Position numbers and translations under genes: made by a program
Assembly: GCA_964367355.1 (NCBI GenBank)
Contig: CAYIWY010000005.1
Location: 19,133-83,132 of the forward strand
Origin: an uncultured Gammaproteobacteria bacterium
GTDB lineage: Bacteria > Patescibacteriota > Microgenomatia > Woykebacterales > RBG-16-39-9b
Reading direction: 5' to 3'
DNA length: 64,000 bases
The notes under the pieces: model-generated
The model's input: only the letters and a program-made list of their open reading frames with translations
The model's database searches: none
Told to the model about the DNA's origin: nothing
Shown: positions 50,997 through 60,553 of the stretch, in pieces
How the letters are laid out: each line of letters opens with the position of its first letter
Numbering within the stretch: the first letter of the stretch is position 1

Positions 50997-51567
50997 TTAC
51001 TTCTTTACTTATTGGTCCAGCTCGAACTAGTTTGTAATTCTTGTTATTTTCAAACGAGATGATCGTTGAAGGACGCAGTCCTTCAGGCTCAATATCGACA
51101 ACGTAGTCTACCAGTATAATTAGTTCTTTGTCAATCTCAGCCAAAAACTTTGCTGGTTTGCCACCTTGAAAATTGGCAGAAGGGGCTAAAAGCGGGACTC
51201 CCACCTGTTTTAGTAAGTTTAGCAACCACTTGTGTGCCGGAACTCTAACCGCCAAGGTATTTTGGGGTCCTAGGATCGATTTTGGGACACTTTTTCTACT
51301 CTGGAGGCAAATAGTCAAAGGGCCCGGCCAAAACGCGTCTGCTAGCTGTTTAGCTCTGGCGTTAAAAACTACCAATTTTTCCAGTTTCTCGACACTACTA
51401 GCCAAAACTAAAGTTGGTTTAGCGACATCTCGTTTTTTTATTTGATAAAGTTTTTCAATACTTTTTGGAAAGTTGACTAAACAACCGATTCCAAAAACCG
51501 TATCGGTTGGAAAAATTATTATGCCGCCTTCTTGTAAAATTATTTTAGCAGAAGTGAGTTGCTGCAT
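50971..51567 (-). CDS. tsaC: L-threonylcarbamoyladenylate synthase (YrdC/TsaC family)
   Basis: 198 aa; IIIFPTDTVFGIGC...LLAPSANFQG. Confidence 0.8.
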   Translation of the reverse strand: MQQLTSAKIILQEGGIIIFPTDTVFGIGCLVNFPKSIEKLYQIKKRDVAKPTLVLASSVEKLEKLVVFNARAKQLADAFWPGPLTICLQSRKSVPKSILGPQNTLAVRVPAHKWLLNLLKQVGVPLLAPSANFQGGKPAKFLAEIDKELIILVDYVVDIEPEGLRPSTIISFENNKNYKLVRAGPISKEVIDQVFSKT

Positions 51568-53307
51568 TTAAGTTGGCAGTTCTTTTTGAATATGGGTGAC
51601 AAAATTTTCAATTGAAATTGTCCCCAGGTTTTTACCATCACGATCACGGACGGCAACTTCTTTTTTAACTTGTTCCCGATCACCTACGATCAGCATATAA
51701 GGTATTTTTTGAATCTGCGCGTCGCGAATCTTAGCTCCCATTGGTTCTGATTTGCCGTTAACTTCGGCTCTAAATCCTTGCTTCTGCAGATCTTCCTGCA
51801 CATTGTTCGCGTAGTCTAAATGGCGGTCTGAAATTGGAATAACTTCGATCTGGATTGGGGAAAGCCAAGTCGGAAGTTTGCCGCTGTAATGTTCCAACAA
51901 AAACGCCATAATTCTTTCAATTGCTCCGATTGAAGAGCGGTGAATAACCACAACTTCCGCTTCTTTACCTTGATCATCAATATATTTTAGGTCAAATTTC
52001 TTGGGTTGAACAAAATCATATTGAATCGTATAAGCAGTCTCTTCTTTTCCGAGAACGTTTCGCATTTGAATATCGATCTTAGGTCCGTAAAAAGCAGCCT
52101 CATTTTCAGCTTCAAAAAACGGTGCTTTTGCTTCTTGTAAAACTTCTCGCAGAAGGTTTTCGGCCTGATCCCAAGCAGCATCGGCTTTAAAATATTTCTT
52201 AACTTCTTTGCGGTCACCGAGAGATAATCTAAACCGATAGTCTTCGCCTTTTTTTAAACCCAATGTTTGGTTGACTTCTTCGATTAAATCCAAAACACCT
52301 TTAATTTCGGCTTTTGCTTGGTCTGGTTTACAAATAATGTGCGCATCGGACAATGTAAACATACGAACTCGCATCAGACCAGAAAGTTCACCACTTTTTT
52401 CATAACGAAATTGCTCTGCGATCTCAGCTAGTTTTATCGGAAGTTCCTTGTAGCTATGAATCTCCGCTTTATAAAGCATGAAGTGATGTGGGCAAGTCAT
52501 TGGACGGAGTATTAGTTCTTCGTCGTCAACTACCATCGGTGGGTACATCGTGTCCTTATAATATGGGTAGTGGCCGGAAAGTCGGTACAAATCGACCTTG
52601 GCTAACGGTGGAGTTTGGACGTGTATGTATCCTTTCGACAACTCAAGGTCGACAATATATCTTTCCAAAACTCGTCTGAAAGTTGTACCCTTTCCGGTGA
52701 GTAAAGGCAGACCCTTGCCGACAAGATCAGAAAAAACAAAAAGTCCAAGGTCCTTACCGATTTTGCGGTGGTCACTTTCTTTGGCCAATTCAAGTTTAGT
52801 CAGATAATCTTCTAGTTCGGCTTTTGTTGGCCAAACCGTTCCGTAGATTCTAGTCAGCATTGGGTTTTTCTCACTACCACGCCAATAAGCACCGGCAATA
52901 GAAAGTAGTTTAAACGCGTCAATTTCCTTGCTTGGATTTTCACAATGAGCGCCTTTGCAAAGATCAACAAAGTTTCCACTTTGGTAAAGGGAGAGTGTTT
53001 TACCTTCTTTTGAAAATTCTTCGATTAGCTCTATTTTAAAAGGATTGTTCTTAAATCTCGCCAATGCTTCTTTTTTAGTAACCTCAATTCGGGTAAAATT
53101 CTTCCAAGATTTAACGATTTCGGTCATTTTCTTTTCAATTTTTGGTAAATCAGTTTCAGAAATCGGTTTTTTGAAGTCAAAATCGTAGTAAAAACCATTT
53201 TCAATCGCTGGTCCAATTGCTAGTTTTGTATCTGGATAGATATCCAAAACAGCTGCGGCTAGTAAATGGGCACTGGAGTGTCGAAGATCATTGAGATTAT
53301 TTTTCAT
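51568..53307 (-). CDS. thrS: threonyl-tRNA synthetase (lacking N-terminal TGS domain)
   Basis: 579 aa; editing-domain HSSAHLLAAAV; class II core and anticodon-binding domain. Confidence 0.95.
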   Translation of the reverse strand: MKNNLNDLRHSSAHLLAAAVLDIYPDTKLAIGPAIENGFYYDFDFKKPISETDLPKIEKKMTEIVKSWKNFTRIEVTKKEALARFKNNPFKIELIEEFSKEGKTLSLYQSGNFVDLCKGAHCENPSKEIDAFKLLSIAGAYWRGSEKNPMLTRIYGTVWPTKAELEDYLTKLELAKESDHRKIGKDLGLFVFSDLVGKGLPLLTGKGTTFRRVLERYIVDLELSKGYIHVQTPPLAKVDLYRLSGHYPYYKDTMYPPMVVDDEELILRPMTCPHHFMLYKAEIHSYKELPIKLAEIAEQFRYEKSGELSGLMRVRMFTLSDAHIICKPDQAKAEIKGVLDLIEEVNQTLGLKKGEDYRFRLSLGDRKEVKKYFKADAAWDQAENLLREVLQEAKAPFFEAENEAAFYGPKIDIQMRNVLGKEETAYTIQYDFVQPKKFDLKYIDDQGKEAEVVVIHRSSIGAIERIMAFLLEHYSGKLPTWLSPIQIEVIPISDRHLDYANNVQEDLQKQGFRAEVNGKSEPMGAKIRDAQIQKIPYMLIVGDREQVKKEVAVRDRDGKNLGTISIENFVTHIQKELPT

Positions 53308-53549
53308 CGCCTGATTGAGGTATTTTGAACATAATTAAGAATGTCAGAAATGTAATCACCTATCAATGGAACAGTATCTAGTTGACTAAGAATAAAAAGT
53401 AAAAAAGCCAAAACAAACGTAGCTCCAATTACTGTTCCAAGACCCCAGGCCATACCGGAAAGAAAATTGGCAAACACCATTTTTCCAATTGAAGCTTTTA
53501 TTTCAACCATTTTACCTGAGGCGACAATTTTAATTAGTTGCTCTGGCAT
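53304..53549 (-). CDS. small membrane protein, hypothetical
   Basis: 81 aa; two hydrophobic helices; ATGA overlap with thrS start. Confidence 0.4.
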   Translation of the reverse strand: MPEQLIKIVASGKMVEIKASIGKMVFANFLSGMAWGLGTVIGATFVLAFLLFILSQLDTVPLIGDYISDILNYVQNTSIRR

Positions 53550-53552
53550 TTA

Positions 53553-53729
53553 TTTACCTCTGACGGTTAATTGCAAAAAGATTGTAATCAGGTAAAAAGT
53601 TGCTGAAGTGAAGATTACTAAAATGAGTCCGTTTGTATCGAGGATTCCAACGGAGAGAATTTTATCAAATCCGGCAAAAAGCAGGAGAAGGGTGGCAATA
53701 ATATTAATATAGATCAGTATTTTTCCCAT
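53553..53729 (-). CDS. small hydrophobic protein (about 59 aa; MGKILIYINIIATLLLLFAGFDKILSVGILDTNGLILVIFTSATFYLITIFLQLTVRGK)
   Basis: hand-translated from minus strand; below the ORF-track cutoff. Confidence 0.3.
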
Positions 53730-53762
53730 TTAGGCAGCCTTTCAGTTAGGTAAATAATAATA

Positions 53763-53839
53763 TGGTGGACGGTACAGGGATCGAACCTGTGACCTCCGCA
53801 ATGTCAATGCGACGCTCTAACCAGCTGAGCTAACCGTCC
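53763..53839 (-). tRNA. tRNA-Val (anticodon GAC), CCA encoded
   Basis: reverse complement ggacggttagctcagctggttagagcgtcgcattgacattgcggaggtcacaggttcgatccctgtaccgtccacca folds as a cloverleaf; anticodon loop ttGACat. Confidence 0.85.
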
Positions 53840-53862
53840 AAAACAAATCAAGTCTCAAAACT

Positions 53863-54465
53863 TTACTTGAGCGGAGTTTTGACTTTCCTTCCTTCGATTA
53901 CTTTATCAATTATACCATAGTTTTTAGCTTCGGTTGCACTCATGAAGAAGTCGCGTTCAGTATCTTTTTCAATTTGGGAAATTTTCTTCTTGGTTTCTTT
54001 AGCTAAAATTTCGTTAAGTAGTTTTTTGGTTTTTAAGATTTCTTCAGCGTGGATTTGAATATCACTAGCTTGTCCCTCAATTCCCCCTAGTGGCTGGTGA
54101 ATCATTATTTTTGAATTAGGAAGTGAAACACGTTTGCCCCTCTCGCCTCCGGCTAACAAAACCGCGGCTCCAGAGGCAGCCATACCAACACAAACTGTGG
54201 AAACGCAGGCTTTAATAAACTTCATTGTGTCATAAATTGCTAAAGTTGAGTGTACGTGCCCGCCGGGTGAGTTTATATAGAAAGAAATATCTTTATCGGA
54301 ATTTTCATTATCCAAAAAAAGTAACTCTGCAATTATCACGTTGGCCACGTCATCGTTAATTGGCCCACCAAGAAAAATAATTCTTTCTTCAAGAAGCCGA
54401 CTAAAAATATCATATGCGCGTTCCCCGTTTGGTTCCCGTTTCACCACCATTGGTACTAAGTCCAT
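53863..54465 (-). CDS. clpP: ATP-dependent Clp protease proteolytic subunit
   Basis: start taken at internal Met ([25 protein letters not shown]...); [14 protein letters not shown] (Ser), IMIHQPLGG (His). Confidence 0.9.
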   Translation of the reverse strand: MDLVPMVVKREPNGERAYDIFSRLLEERIIFLGGPINDDVANVIIAELLFLDNENSDKDISFYINSPGGHVHSTLAIYDTMKFIKACVSTVCVGMAASGAAVLLAGGERGKRVSLPNSKIMIHQPLGGIEGQASDIQIHAEEILKTKKLLNEILAKETKKKISQIEKDTERDFFMSATEAKNYGIIDKVIEGRKVKTPLK

Positions 54466-54619
54466 AATTTGAAGTTTCCTTAAAGCTATTATTAATTTTA
54501 GCTTTGAATTATATCTCGCGAAGCGAGTTATAAGGTGTATTCTAACAAACCTAAGCAAATTGTCCATCGGACAAAAAGGAACCCCTGGCAACAATTTTGT
54601 TACCAAGGGTTTTATTGCT

Positions 54620-55005
54620 TCAACGAACCTCGAAAAAATCACCAAGTTCAAGTTGGAGTCTCAATCTCTCGTAGTAAAGTTTTTCCAACTTTCCTTGCGG
54701 GATATTTTGACCAGCTGATTTTGCAGTTGCTTGTCCAATTCTTGCACAAACACTAACGTATTGTGCGTATATCCGTTCGGTTTTTGTCGCTTTAGTGTCA
54801 GCAAATGGCGGTTCCATACCTACTCCATTCCGTAATGCTGACGGGTTATTTTTCCCATTAAGGCCTCGCGTCGTTCCTGAGTAGCTCTGGTTACGAATGA
54901 AGTTGGAATAGTTCTGGTCAAAAGACCAACCTCATCTTCAACAACGACTGCCCCATCCTTCACCTTAAGGTCAGGTTCTTCGCTTATTTTTCTTCCTGAA
55001 GACAT
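54620..55005 (-). pseudogene. hypothetical gene split by a frameshift into 61-aa and 65-aa ORFs (GC-rich island)
   Basis: ORF 54820-55005 has strong SD ggagg plus ATG; its stop (tag) lies 2 nt before the ATG of ORF 54620-54817 in another frame. Confidence 0.3.
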
Positions 55006-55204
55006 GTAACCTCCATGCTTATCTTAACGATCAACCTTTCTCTCTTGTAACGGGCTCCTTTCCTCTCGTCCTTCGATCCTTTCCAACCACTTTTCGTGGG
55101 AATTTGTTTGGTGGGAAGTATGAGTCTCAAACTCACAAAGCGGGACGACTGTTGGGATCACCAACAAAGTTTCGCACCTTCCCAAGTTTTACCCACTAAA
55201 AAAG

Positions 55205-55232
55205 CCCCTTTTGGGGGCCTTTGTCTTCTCTA
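55205..55232 (-). terminator. rho-independent terminator (GCCCC-AAAA-GGGGC plus U6 on minus strand)
   Basis: plus strand aaaaaagccccttttgggggcc. Confidence 0.5.
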
Positions 55233-55372
55233 TTTGATTTGCGGTTTAGCTTTTGGCCCCCAATGCAAAACCGCCCTTAGTAACCGTAAGGACAAAGCTA
55301 AGCATAATAATATGGCTAAAAACTTTCATCTGCTTGATTGTATGCTTTAGTGATAAAAATTGTCAAGTAAAA

Positions 55373-56287
55373 TTACCTTATTTCAATACTCGAAGCAGAC
55401 CCGGTTATTTCAATTTCTATTTTAATTGCAGCTTGATCAAAATTAGTTGATTTATAGTTTTCCTTATCGATCTGTTTAAAGCGAGTCGAGTCAATCTTTA
55501 ATGATTTAAAAGAAGAAACAATTTTTAAGGAAGCCCCGTCTTCCTTGGGAATCGTTAGAGTTATCAACGAAGCCTGGGTAAAGAAATAAGCTTTGGTTGA
55601 AAAATCTTTGGCAAAGTTAGCCTTGATTGTACCGGTTTTTGAATTTATTTCTACCTCTGTGACTCGTAATTTTTTTAAATTCAGATCAAATACACCGGAA
55701 TTTGAAACAAAAGAAAGCCTTAATGGAATGGAACTAGTCAGTTTAAATTCGCCGCTATTGCCAATATTGTTCGACAACGGAACTTGCTTTTTGTTTTCTT
55801 GAATTATTTTGTATTCGACTTCACCAAACTGTCGATTTTCAGTAAGCTTGGGTTTTGGTAAAACCTGAGAATATTTTAAGAAGCCAGAAAAAGATTTAGT
55901 TGAATTTTCATTGAGGTTTCCGATTTTTAAATTGGTCGATGGTAGTTCAAATCTCAAACTTGCCTTTGTTAGATTTCCCAATGGTTTTTCAAAGTTCACT
56001 TTTTTGGTGGCCAGTGGATTGCCCGTAAATGGATTCAAAACTAAAATGATTGGGACTAAAAAAATCAAAATCAACAAAAAAACAAAACTTTTCACCGAGG
56101 CGTTTCGTCCTAAGATTATCTCCACTCCAAAGAGAACAAGTAAAATTGGCCAGAATTTCCACAAATTTTGCCATAGATCCCAGGATAAAACCCCGAAATT
56201 GTTTAAGAGAAAAACTATACCCAGTAGAATCAAAAAGAGAGCTGTGAAAGAGAAACCTTTGCTGTTTTTTTCAAAATTATTCGACAT
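55373..56287 (-). CDS. LiaF-like membrane protein (N-terminal TM bundle plus C-terminal beta-rich DUF4097-like domain)
   Basis: 304 aa; 3-4 N-terminal TM helices then low-complexity beta-strand repeats. Confidence 0.4.
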   Translation of the reverse strand: MSNNFEKNSKGFSFTALFLILLGIVFLLNNFGVLSWDLWQNLWKFWPILLVLFGVEIILGRNASVKSFVFLLILIFLVPIILVLNPFTGNPLATKKVNFEKPLGNLTKASLRFELPSTNLKIGNLNENSTKSFSGFLKYSQVLPKPKLTENRQFGEVEYKIIQENKKQVPLSNNIGNSGEFKLTSSIPLRLSFVSNSGVFDLNLKKLRVTEVEINSKTGTIKANFAKDFSTKAYFFTQASLITLTIPKEDGASLKIVSSFKSLKIDSTRFKQIDKENYKSTNFDQAAIKIEIEITGSASSIEIR

Positions 56288-56288
56288 A

Positions 56289-56702
56289 TTAAATTTTTCG
56301 GTCTAGCTTCGAAGATTTATATTTAGCTGGATTATAAGGTTTAAGACGCCGCAGTGCCACTTGCGTTAAGCGATGACTTCTTAAAGCTTTCCTAAGTTCA
56401 AAAATAGTTGGTTTTTGATCGTAACCCAGAGCGATTAAGTCAATTTTATTAGTTCTCAAGGTTCGAAAATAATTGTTGGTTTTTGATCCCAAAATAACTT
56501 TATCAGCAATTTTTGCTTTTCGAACCGCCCTGAGACGGGCCTTTTCATTGTTTCTTGGCAGCTTACCTTTAACTTTGAGAGTATTTTGATCACGAGCCAC
56601 GACAATAAGAAGATAGTCGCCTAGCTTTTTTGCTTGTTTTAAAAAAGAAATATGACCTGGGTGAAAAATATCAAAGGTTCCAAAGGCGACAACTCTGTTC
56701 AT
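56289..56702 (-). CDS. cytidylyltransferase-like nucleotidyltransferase (FAD synthetase RibL / NMNAT-like)
   Basis: VVAFGTFDIFHPGHISFLKQAKKLGDYLLIVVARD (T/HxGH motif); start taken at MNRVVAFG. Confidence 0.6.
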   Translation of the reverse strand: MNRVVAFGTFDIFHPGHISFLKQAKKLGDYLLIVVARDQNTLKVKGKLPRNNEKARLRAVRKAKIADKVILGSKTNNYFRTLRTNKIDLIALGYDQKPTIFELRKALRSHRLTQVALRRLKPYNPAKYKSSKLDRKI

Positions 56703-56796
56703 ATAGGGATTATACAACGGAAAAAAAGCAGCCCTAGGTGAAAGTCTCACTTAGGGCTTTTGGGCAAGCAGTGCGTGTGTCTTCTCTGCCTAGATC

Positions 56797-57366
56797 TTAG
56801 TCAGATTGTGGATCGTCCTCCTCGTCGTCCTCATTCTCGTCTTCAACTTCGTGAAGGAGATCTTCATCGCCTGGATCGTCGTCTGGGTCCTCAAATGAGT
56901 TTCGCTGTTCTGATTGATGCGAACTGCTGTCGTCAGTTGAGCCAGTCTGCTCTCCTTCCCAACTTTGAGTTGGCTGTAAGGTGCCAGCTCGAATACCCCG
57001 GTAAAGAGTGAGCATTTCTGCTAGGTCTTTACCACACATTTTCAACTCGTAGTTTTCTCCGTGGCTGTAGGGACTTATGTCAAGCTCGGCTTCCGAATCT
57101 CCGTGCTTGTAAACTCCAAGCTTTCGAGATGGTCGGGTTGGAATATTGTCCCGAAAGGTTAAATGAGTGACGAATTCCCGAATGAACTCAGGGATCTGGT
57201 CCGTCAACTCCTGTAGGGAGAAGTGCCAACCATGCTCTCGGTGGATGGAGAGACCCTTGAAATAGTGGTCGTGCCAGCGTTGGGTGGGCTTTCCTCCTGA
57301 ACGCTCCACCGCCTCGAATCCTTCCTGGTTTTCGACCTCTTCCTTCACATAAACGTTAACCGACAT
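56797..57366 (-). CDS. hypothetical protein with highly acidic C-terminal tail (GC-rich island next to tRNA-Leu)
   Basis: 189 aa; C-terminus DPDDDPGDEDLLHEVEDENEDDEEDDPQSD. Confidence 0.4.
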   Translation of the reverse strand: MSVNVYVKEEVENQEGFEAVERSGGKPTQRWHDHYFKGLSIHREHGWHFSLQELTDQIPEFIREFVTHLTFRDNIPTRPSRKLGVYKHGDSEAELDISPYSHGENYELKMCGKDLAEMLTLYRGIRAGTLQPTQSWEGEQTGSTDDSSSHQSEQRNSFEDPDDDPGDEDLLHEVEDENEDDEEDDPQSD

Positions 57367-57561
57367 CTCTCTACTACTCCTTTGTCGTCCGGTCTTCCGC
57401 AGGGCTACTCACCTCTGTCGGTCCTGTCAACGACCACTAGTTACCAGAAACTCTCTGGCAAACGAAAATAATATACCATACTATGGGTCAATTGTCAAGA
57501 TCAATCTTAGAAATTATTAGACAGAAAAGTATTTAAGATACCTTTGAAGATGGGGATTTGC

Positions 57562-57567
57562 TATAAT
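57562..57567 (+). promoter_or_regulatory. extended -10 (TGcTATAAT) promoter for tRNA-Leu
   Basis: ttgctataat about 20 nt upstream of tRNA 5' end. Confidence 0.4.
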
Positions 57568-57586
57568 GCTTAGGTTAATAAGTAAG

Positions 57587-57670
57587 CGGTCGTGGCGAAA
57601 CTGGCAGACGCGCAGGCCTTAGGAGCCTGTGGGGCAACCCGTGGAGGTTCAACTCCTCTCGACCGCACCA
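57587..57670 (+). tRNA. tRNA-Leu (anticodon TAG), type II long variable arm, CCA encoded
   Basis: gcggtcgtggcgaaactggcagacgc... D-arm nearly identical to E. coli tRNA-Leu; anticodon loop ctTAGga; T-arm ggaggttcaactcctc. Confidence 0.9.
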
Positions 57671-57671
57671 T

Positions 57672-58415
57672 TTAATGAGTTTTGAGTGTACGTTCAACTG
57701 CCGTCTGGTGGGCTAAGTTTTCCTCATTATCGTTGATAAATTTCAAGTCAAGATCGCCAAAGCGTTTTTGCAGTGCCAATTTTATTAAATAATCAGCAAA
57801 GAGTGGATTTTTTGGTAAAACAGGGCCATGTAAATAGCAGCCGTGGACATTATTTTCAATTGCTCCTTCTGTTCGATCTTTTCCGTTGTTGCCAAAACCA
57901 ATTATCACATTTCCAAAGGGTTTTGCTCTCTCCCCCAACACTGTTTTTCCAGAGTGGTTTTCAAAACCGACTAATTTTTCTTTTATAAAGGTTGGTTCTA
58001 TCAAAATATTACCCGTCATTCTCTCTTTTCCGGCGGTGGTTGTAACATCTAGAATACCCAAACCTTCAAGTTCGTTTCCATCACTGTCGCGGTAATAATG
58101 GCCAAAAAGTTGGTAGCCACCGCAAATACCCAAGAAAACTTTTTTATCGTCTGCCTCTTGATTCAAAAAATCCTTTTTATAATGTTTTAAATCCTCTGCA
58201 ACTTGAATTTGGGATTGATCCTGGCCTCCACCGAAAAAGTAGATATCAGTCCAGTCTGGTCTTAGTTCCTCTTTGAGGCCGATTTCTTCAACCTTGACTT
58301 CGATATCGCGCCAAGTTGCTCTTTTGACAAGGGTGATGATATTACCGCGATCCCCATAGGTGCTCATCTCCTTTGGATAAAACCAAGTTATATTTAGTTT
58401 AAGCTTAGTGTTCAT
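57672..58415 (-). CDS. gatD: lipid II isoglutaminyl synthase glutaminase subunit GatD (CobQ-type GATase)
   Basis: FLGICGGYQLFGHYY catalytic-Cys motif; immediately downstream of murT; start taken at internal Met. Confidence 0.7.
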   Translation of the reverse strand: MNTKLKLNITWFYPKEMSTYGDRGNIITLVKRATWRDIEVKVEEIGLKEELRPDWTDIYFFGGGQDQSQIQVAEDLKHYKKDFLNQEADDKKVFLGICGGYQLFGHYYRDSDGNELEGLGILDVTTTAGKERMTGNILIEPTFIKEKLVGFENHSGKTVLGERAKPFGNVIIGFGNNGKDRTEGAIENNVHGCYLHGPVLPKNPLFADYLIKLALQKRFGDLDLKFINDNEENLAHQTAVERTLKTH

Positions 58416-58459
58416 ATAAATTATTTTTTTACTTTTTCTTTTTGACTTTTTACTTATTT

Positions 58460-59833
58460 TTAATCTTCCCAAAATTCACCGCTAATACCTTTTTTAACAA
58501 ACAGTTTTTTAAGTGAAAGCATGGCCGTGTAGGTTGGAATTATTAGTAGTGTACCCTCTTGTGGAAGCGACGAAAGACCTTTTTCAAGTGCATCCTCGAC
58601 TGTCGAAATATTTTCGTAGTTCTCAATTCCGGCATATTTCAGTCTCAAAGCCATATCGGCACTACGAACACCGCTAGTTAAAAATTTATGCTTGAGGGGC
58701 TTTAATTGTTCAAAGTTAACATCCCAAAGCCAGGAAACATCGCGTCCATCGGCGATAAAATCATTTATTAAAATTAGAACTGTTTGCGGTTCTTTTTTAA
58801 GGTAAGTGTTGATGATCTCGTTAAATCCGGTGGGGTTTTTCGCCAGTGCAACTATGATATTGCGACCTTGGTGTGAAAGTTTTTCAGCTCGCCCAAAAAC
58901 CGGTTTAAAATCACGGGCAGTGAGTGCAAAACTATCAAGATTAAATTTGCTTTCTTTCAAGGCGGCGTAACTACTTAAACAGTTGTAAATATTGTAGAGG
59001 CCTGGGGTGTTTATGGTCAAATCCAGATTAATTTCATTTTTGTCGTTTAAATCAAAGGTACTTAGATTTTCCAGGGTTTTTATTTTTGCGGCGACTACTT
59101 GGGTTTCTGGTCGCTTAAAACCACATTTAAGACAAGAATAATGTCCTTGATGTGAGATAAAGTAACCGCGATACTTCAACTCTGATTTACATTTGGGACA
59201 GCGAATATTGTCAACAGCCAGTGGTACTTCTTCATTCAAATATTGTGTGTCGTTGAGACCGAAATAAATCACCTTGCAGCGTACATTTTCGCCTAAGTAC
59301 GCTAGAGTTGGGTCGTCAGCGTTTAGTATCAGTGTTGTGTTTTCGTCAAGGTTGGCAATACATTTTTCCCAACTCTTTCGAATATTGTCGACCTCACCAT
59401 AACGATCAAGTTGGTCGCGAAATAGATTGGTGATTACTAGAACTGTTGGCGAAAGTTTGGTAATTACTGACGGCAACGCAGCTTCATCGACCTCAAAAAG
59501 AGCAGTTGTTGTGTGTAGTTTTCCAAAAAATGTAGTTTTTTTTAAAAAAGAAGAAATGATTCCTCTTTCAAGATTCGAACCCTGGCGATTGTGAATATAG
59601 TCTATGCCAAGTTTATCCAAATGATTACCAATAAGTCGACTAGTGGTCGTTTTTCCGTTTGTTCCGGTAACTAAAATTGTCGTTTTAAGGCCGGCTGCAA
59701 GTTTATTGAGAATTTTCGGTTCAAAATATAAACTGGCTAATCCTGGGGCGGCTGTGGCGCCACCGCCGGTTTTATTGATTGTGAATTTAAAAAGTTTTGC
59801 AATTATTAATGCAGCTTGAAATCGAAGGTTCAT
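58460..59833 (-). CDS. murT: lipid II isoglutaminyl synthase MurT (Mur-ligase-like with Cys4 zinc ribbon and DUF1727)
   Basis: 457 aa; VTGTNGKTTTS P-loop; CPKCKSELKYRGYFISHQGHYSCLKCG. Confidence 0.8.
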   Translation of the reverse strand: MNLRFQAALIIAKLFKFTINKTGGGATAAPGLASLYFEPKILNKLAAGLKTTILVTGTNGKTTTSRLIGNHLDKLGIDYIHNRQGSNLERGIISSFLKKTTFFGKLHTTTALFEVDEAALPSVITKLSPTVLVITNLFRDQLDRYGEVDNIRKSWEKCIANLDENTTLILNADDPTLAYLGENVRCKVIYFGLNDTQYLNEEVPLAVDNIRCPKCKSELKYRGYFISHQGHYSCLKCGFKRPETQVVAAKIKTLENLSTFDLNDKNEINLDLTINTPGLYNIYNCLSSYAALKESKFNLDSFALTARDFKPVFGRAEKLSHQGRNIIVALAKNPTGFNEIINTYLKKEPQTVLILINDFIADGRDVSWLWDVNFEQLKPLKHKFLTSGVRSADMALRLKYAGIENYENISTVEDALEKGLSSLPQEGTLLIIPTYTAMLSLKKLFVKKGISGEFWED

Positions 59834-59869
59834 GCGCTAAATATTAGCACAGTTTAAGAAATATTGAAT

Positions 59870-60418
59870 TTAGAACGCCTGAATTTCAGCTTGGTATTTC
59901 GCCACTCTAACTGCCCAAGTGGGAGAAGCAGCATACATTTTACCAATTCTAAATGGTGTAATGTCGCCAGTTGGTGCATAACGGGTACGCAAGCCGTGGG
60001 CTACGGTTTCATTAGCATTTTCCCAGCTTAAAAATCTAAAGTTACCGTTGTTCCAGCCATACGGATTGAATGAACCAGCGGGAATCATTTTCCCTAGTTG
60101 TGATTCGAGATTGGCAATCGCGGGAAGTAGAGTCCAGTCAATATCGTAACGGTCAGCTACTTCAATAAAATTTTGAGCATAAGGAGTAAAAGGTGAAACC
60201 TTGGCAGCAAAATATTTTGTTAAACGACCAACACGATCATCTTTTGCAGCCACCACATCAAAAACAATCACGTCTGGATTTTGTGTTTGTGTACCCAAAG
60301 CAGTTGGTGTTTCCACCGCCTGGGTCTTTTCAGTAGAATTTGAAATTGTGGGACTTATTACAACTGCCAATAAAACAATCGTAACAAGGGCAAACGTCCG
60401 GGAAATAAACTTTAACAT
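59870..60418 (-). CDS. secreted GH73-like peptidoglycan glucosaminidase-domain protein
   Basis: LLPAIANLESQLGKMIPAGSFNPYGW (E-S-x-x-G catalytic region pattern); signal/TM at N-terminus. Confidence 0.45.
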   Translation of the reverse strand: MLKFISRTFALVTIVLLAVVISPTISNSTEKTQAVETPTALGTQTQNPDVIVFDVVAAKDDRVGRLTKYFAAKVSPFTPYAQNFIEVADRYDIDWTLLPAIANLESQLGKMIPAGSFNPYGWNNGNFRFLSWENANETVAHGLRTRYAPTGDITPFRIGKMYAASPTWAVRVAKYQAEIQAF

Positions 60419-60553
60419 CGTCTCCCCGATAAATCGAGGGAGCCAAAGAGAATCCCGATACAATCGGGACAAAAAAAATCTGTCTTGCGACAAATTACTT
60501 CGTAATTATAACCTATAATTCCCAAGGTGTCAAGTTTTGAGGAAATACTTAAT

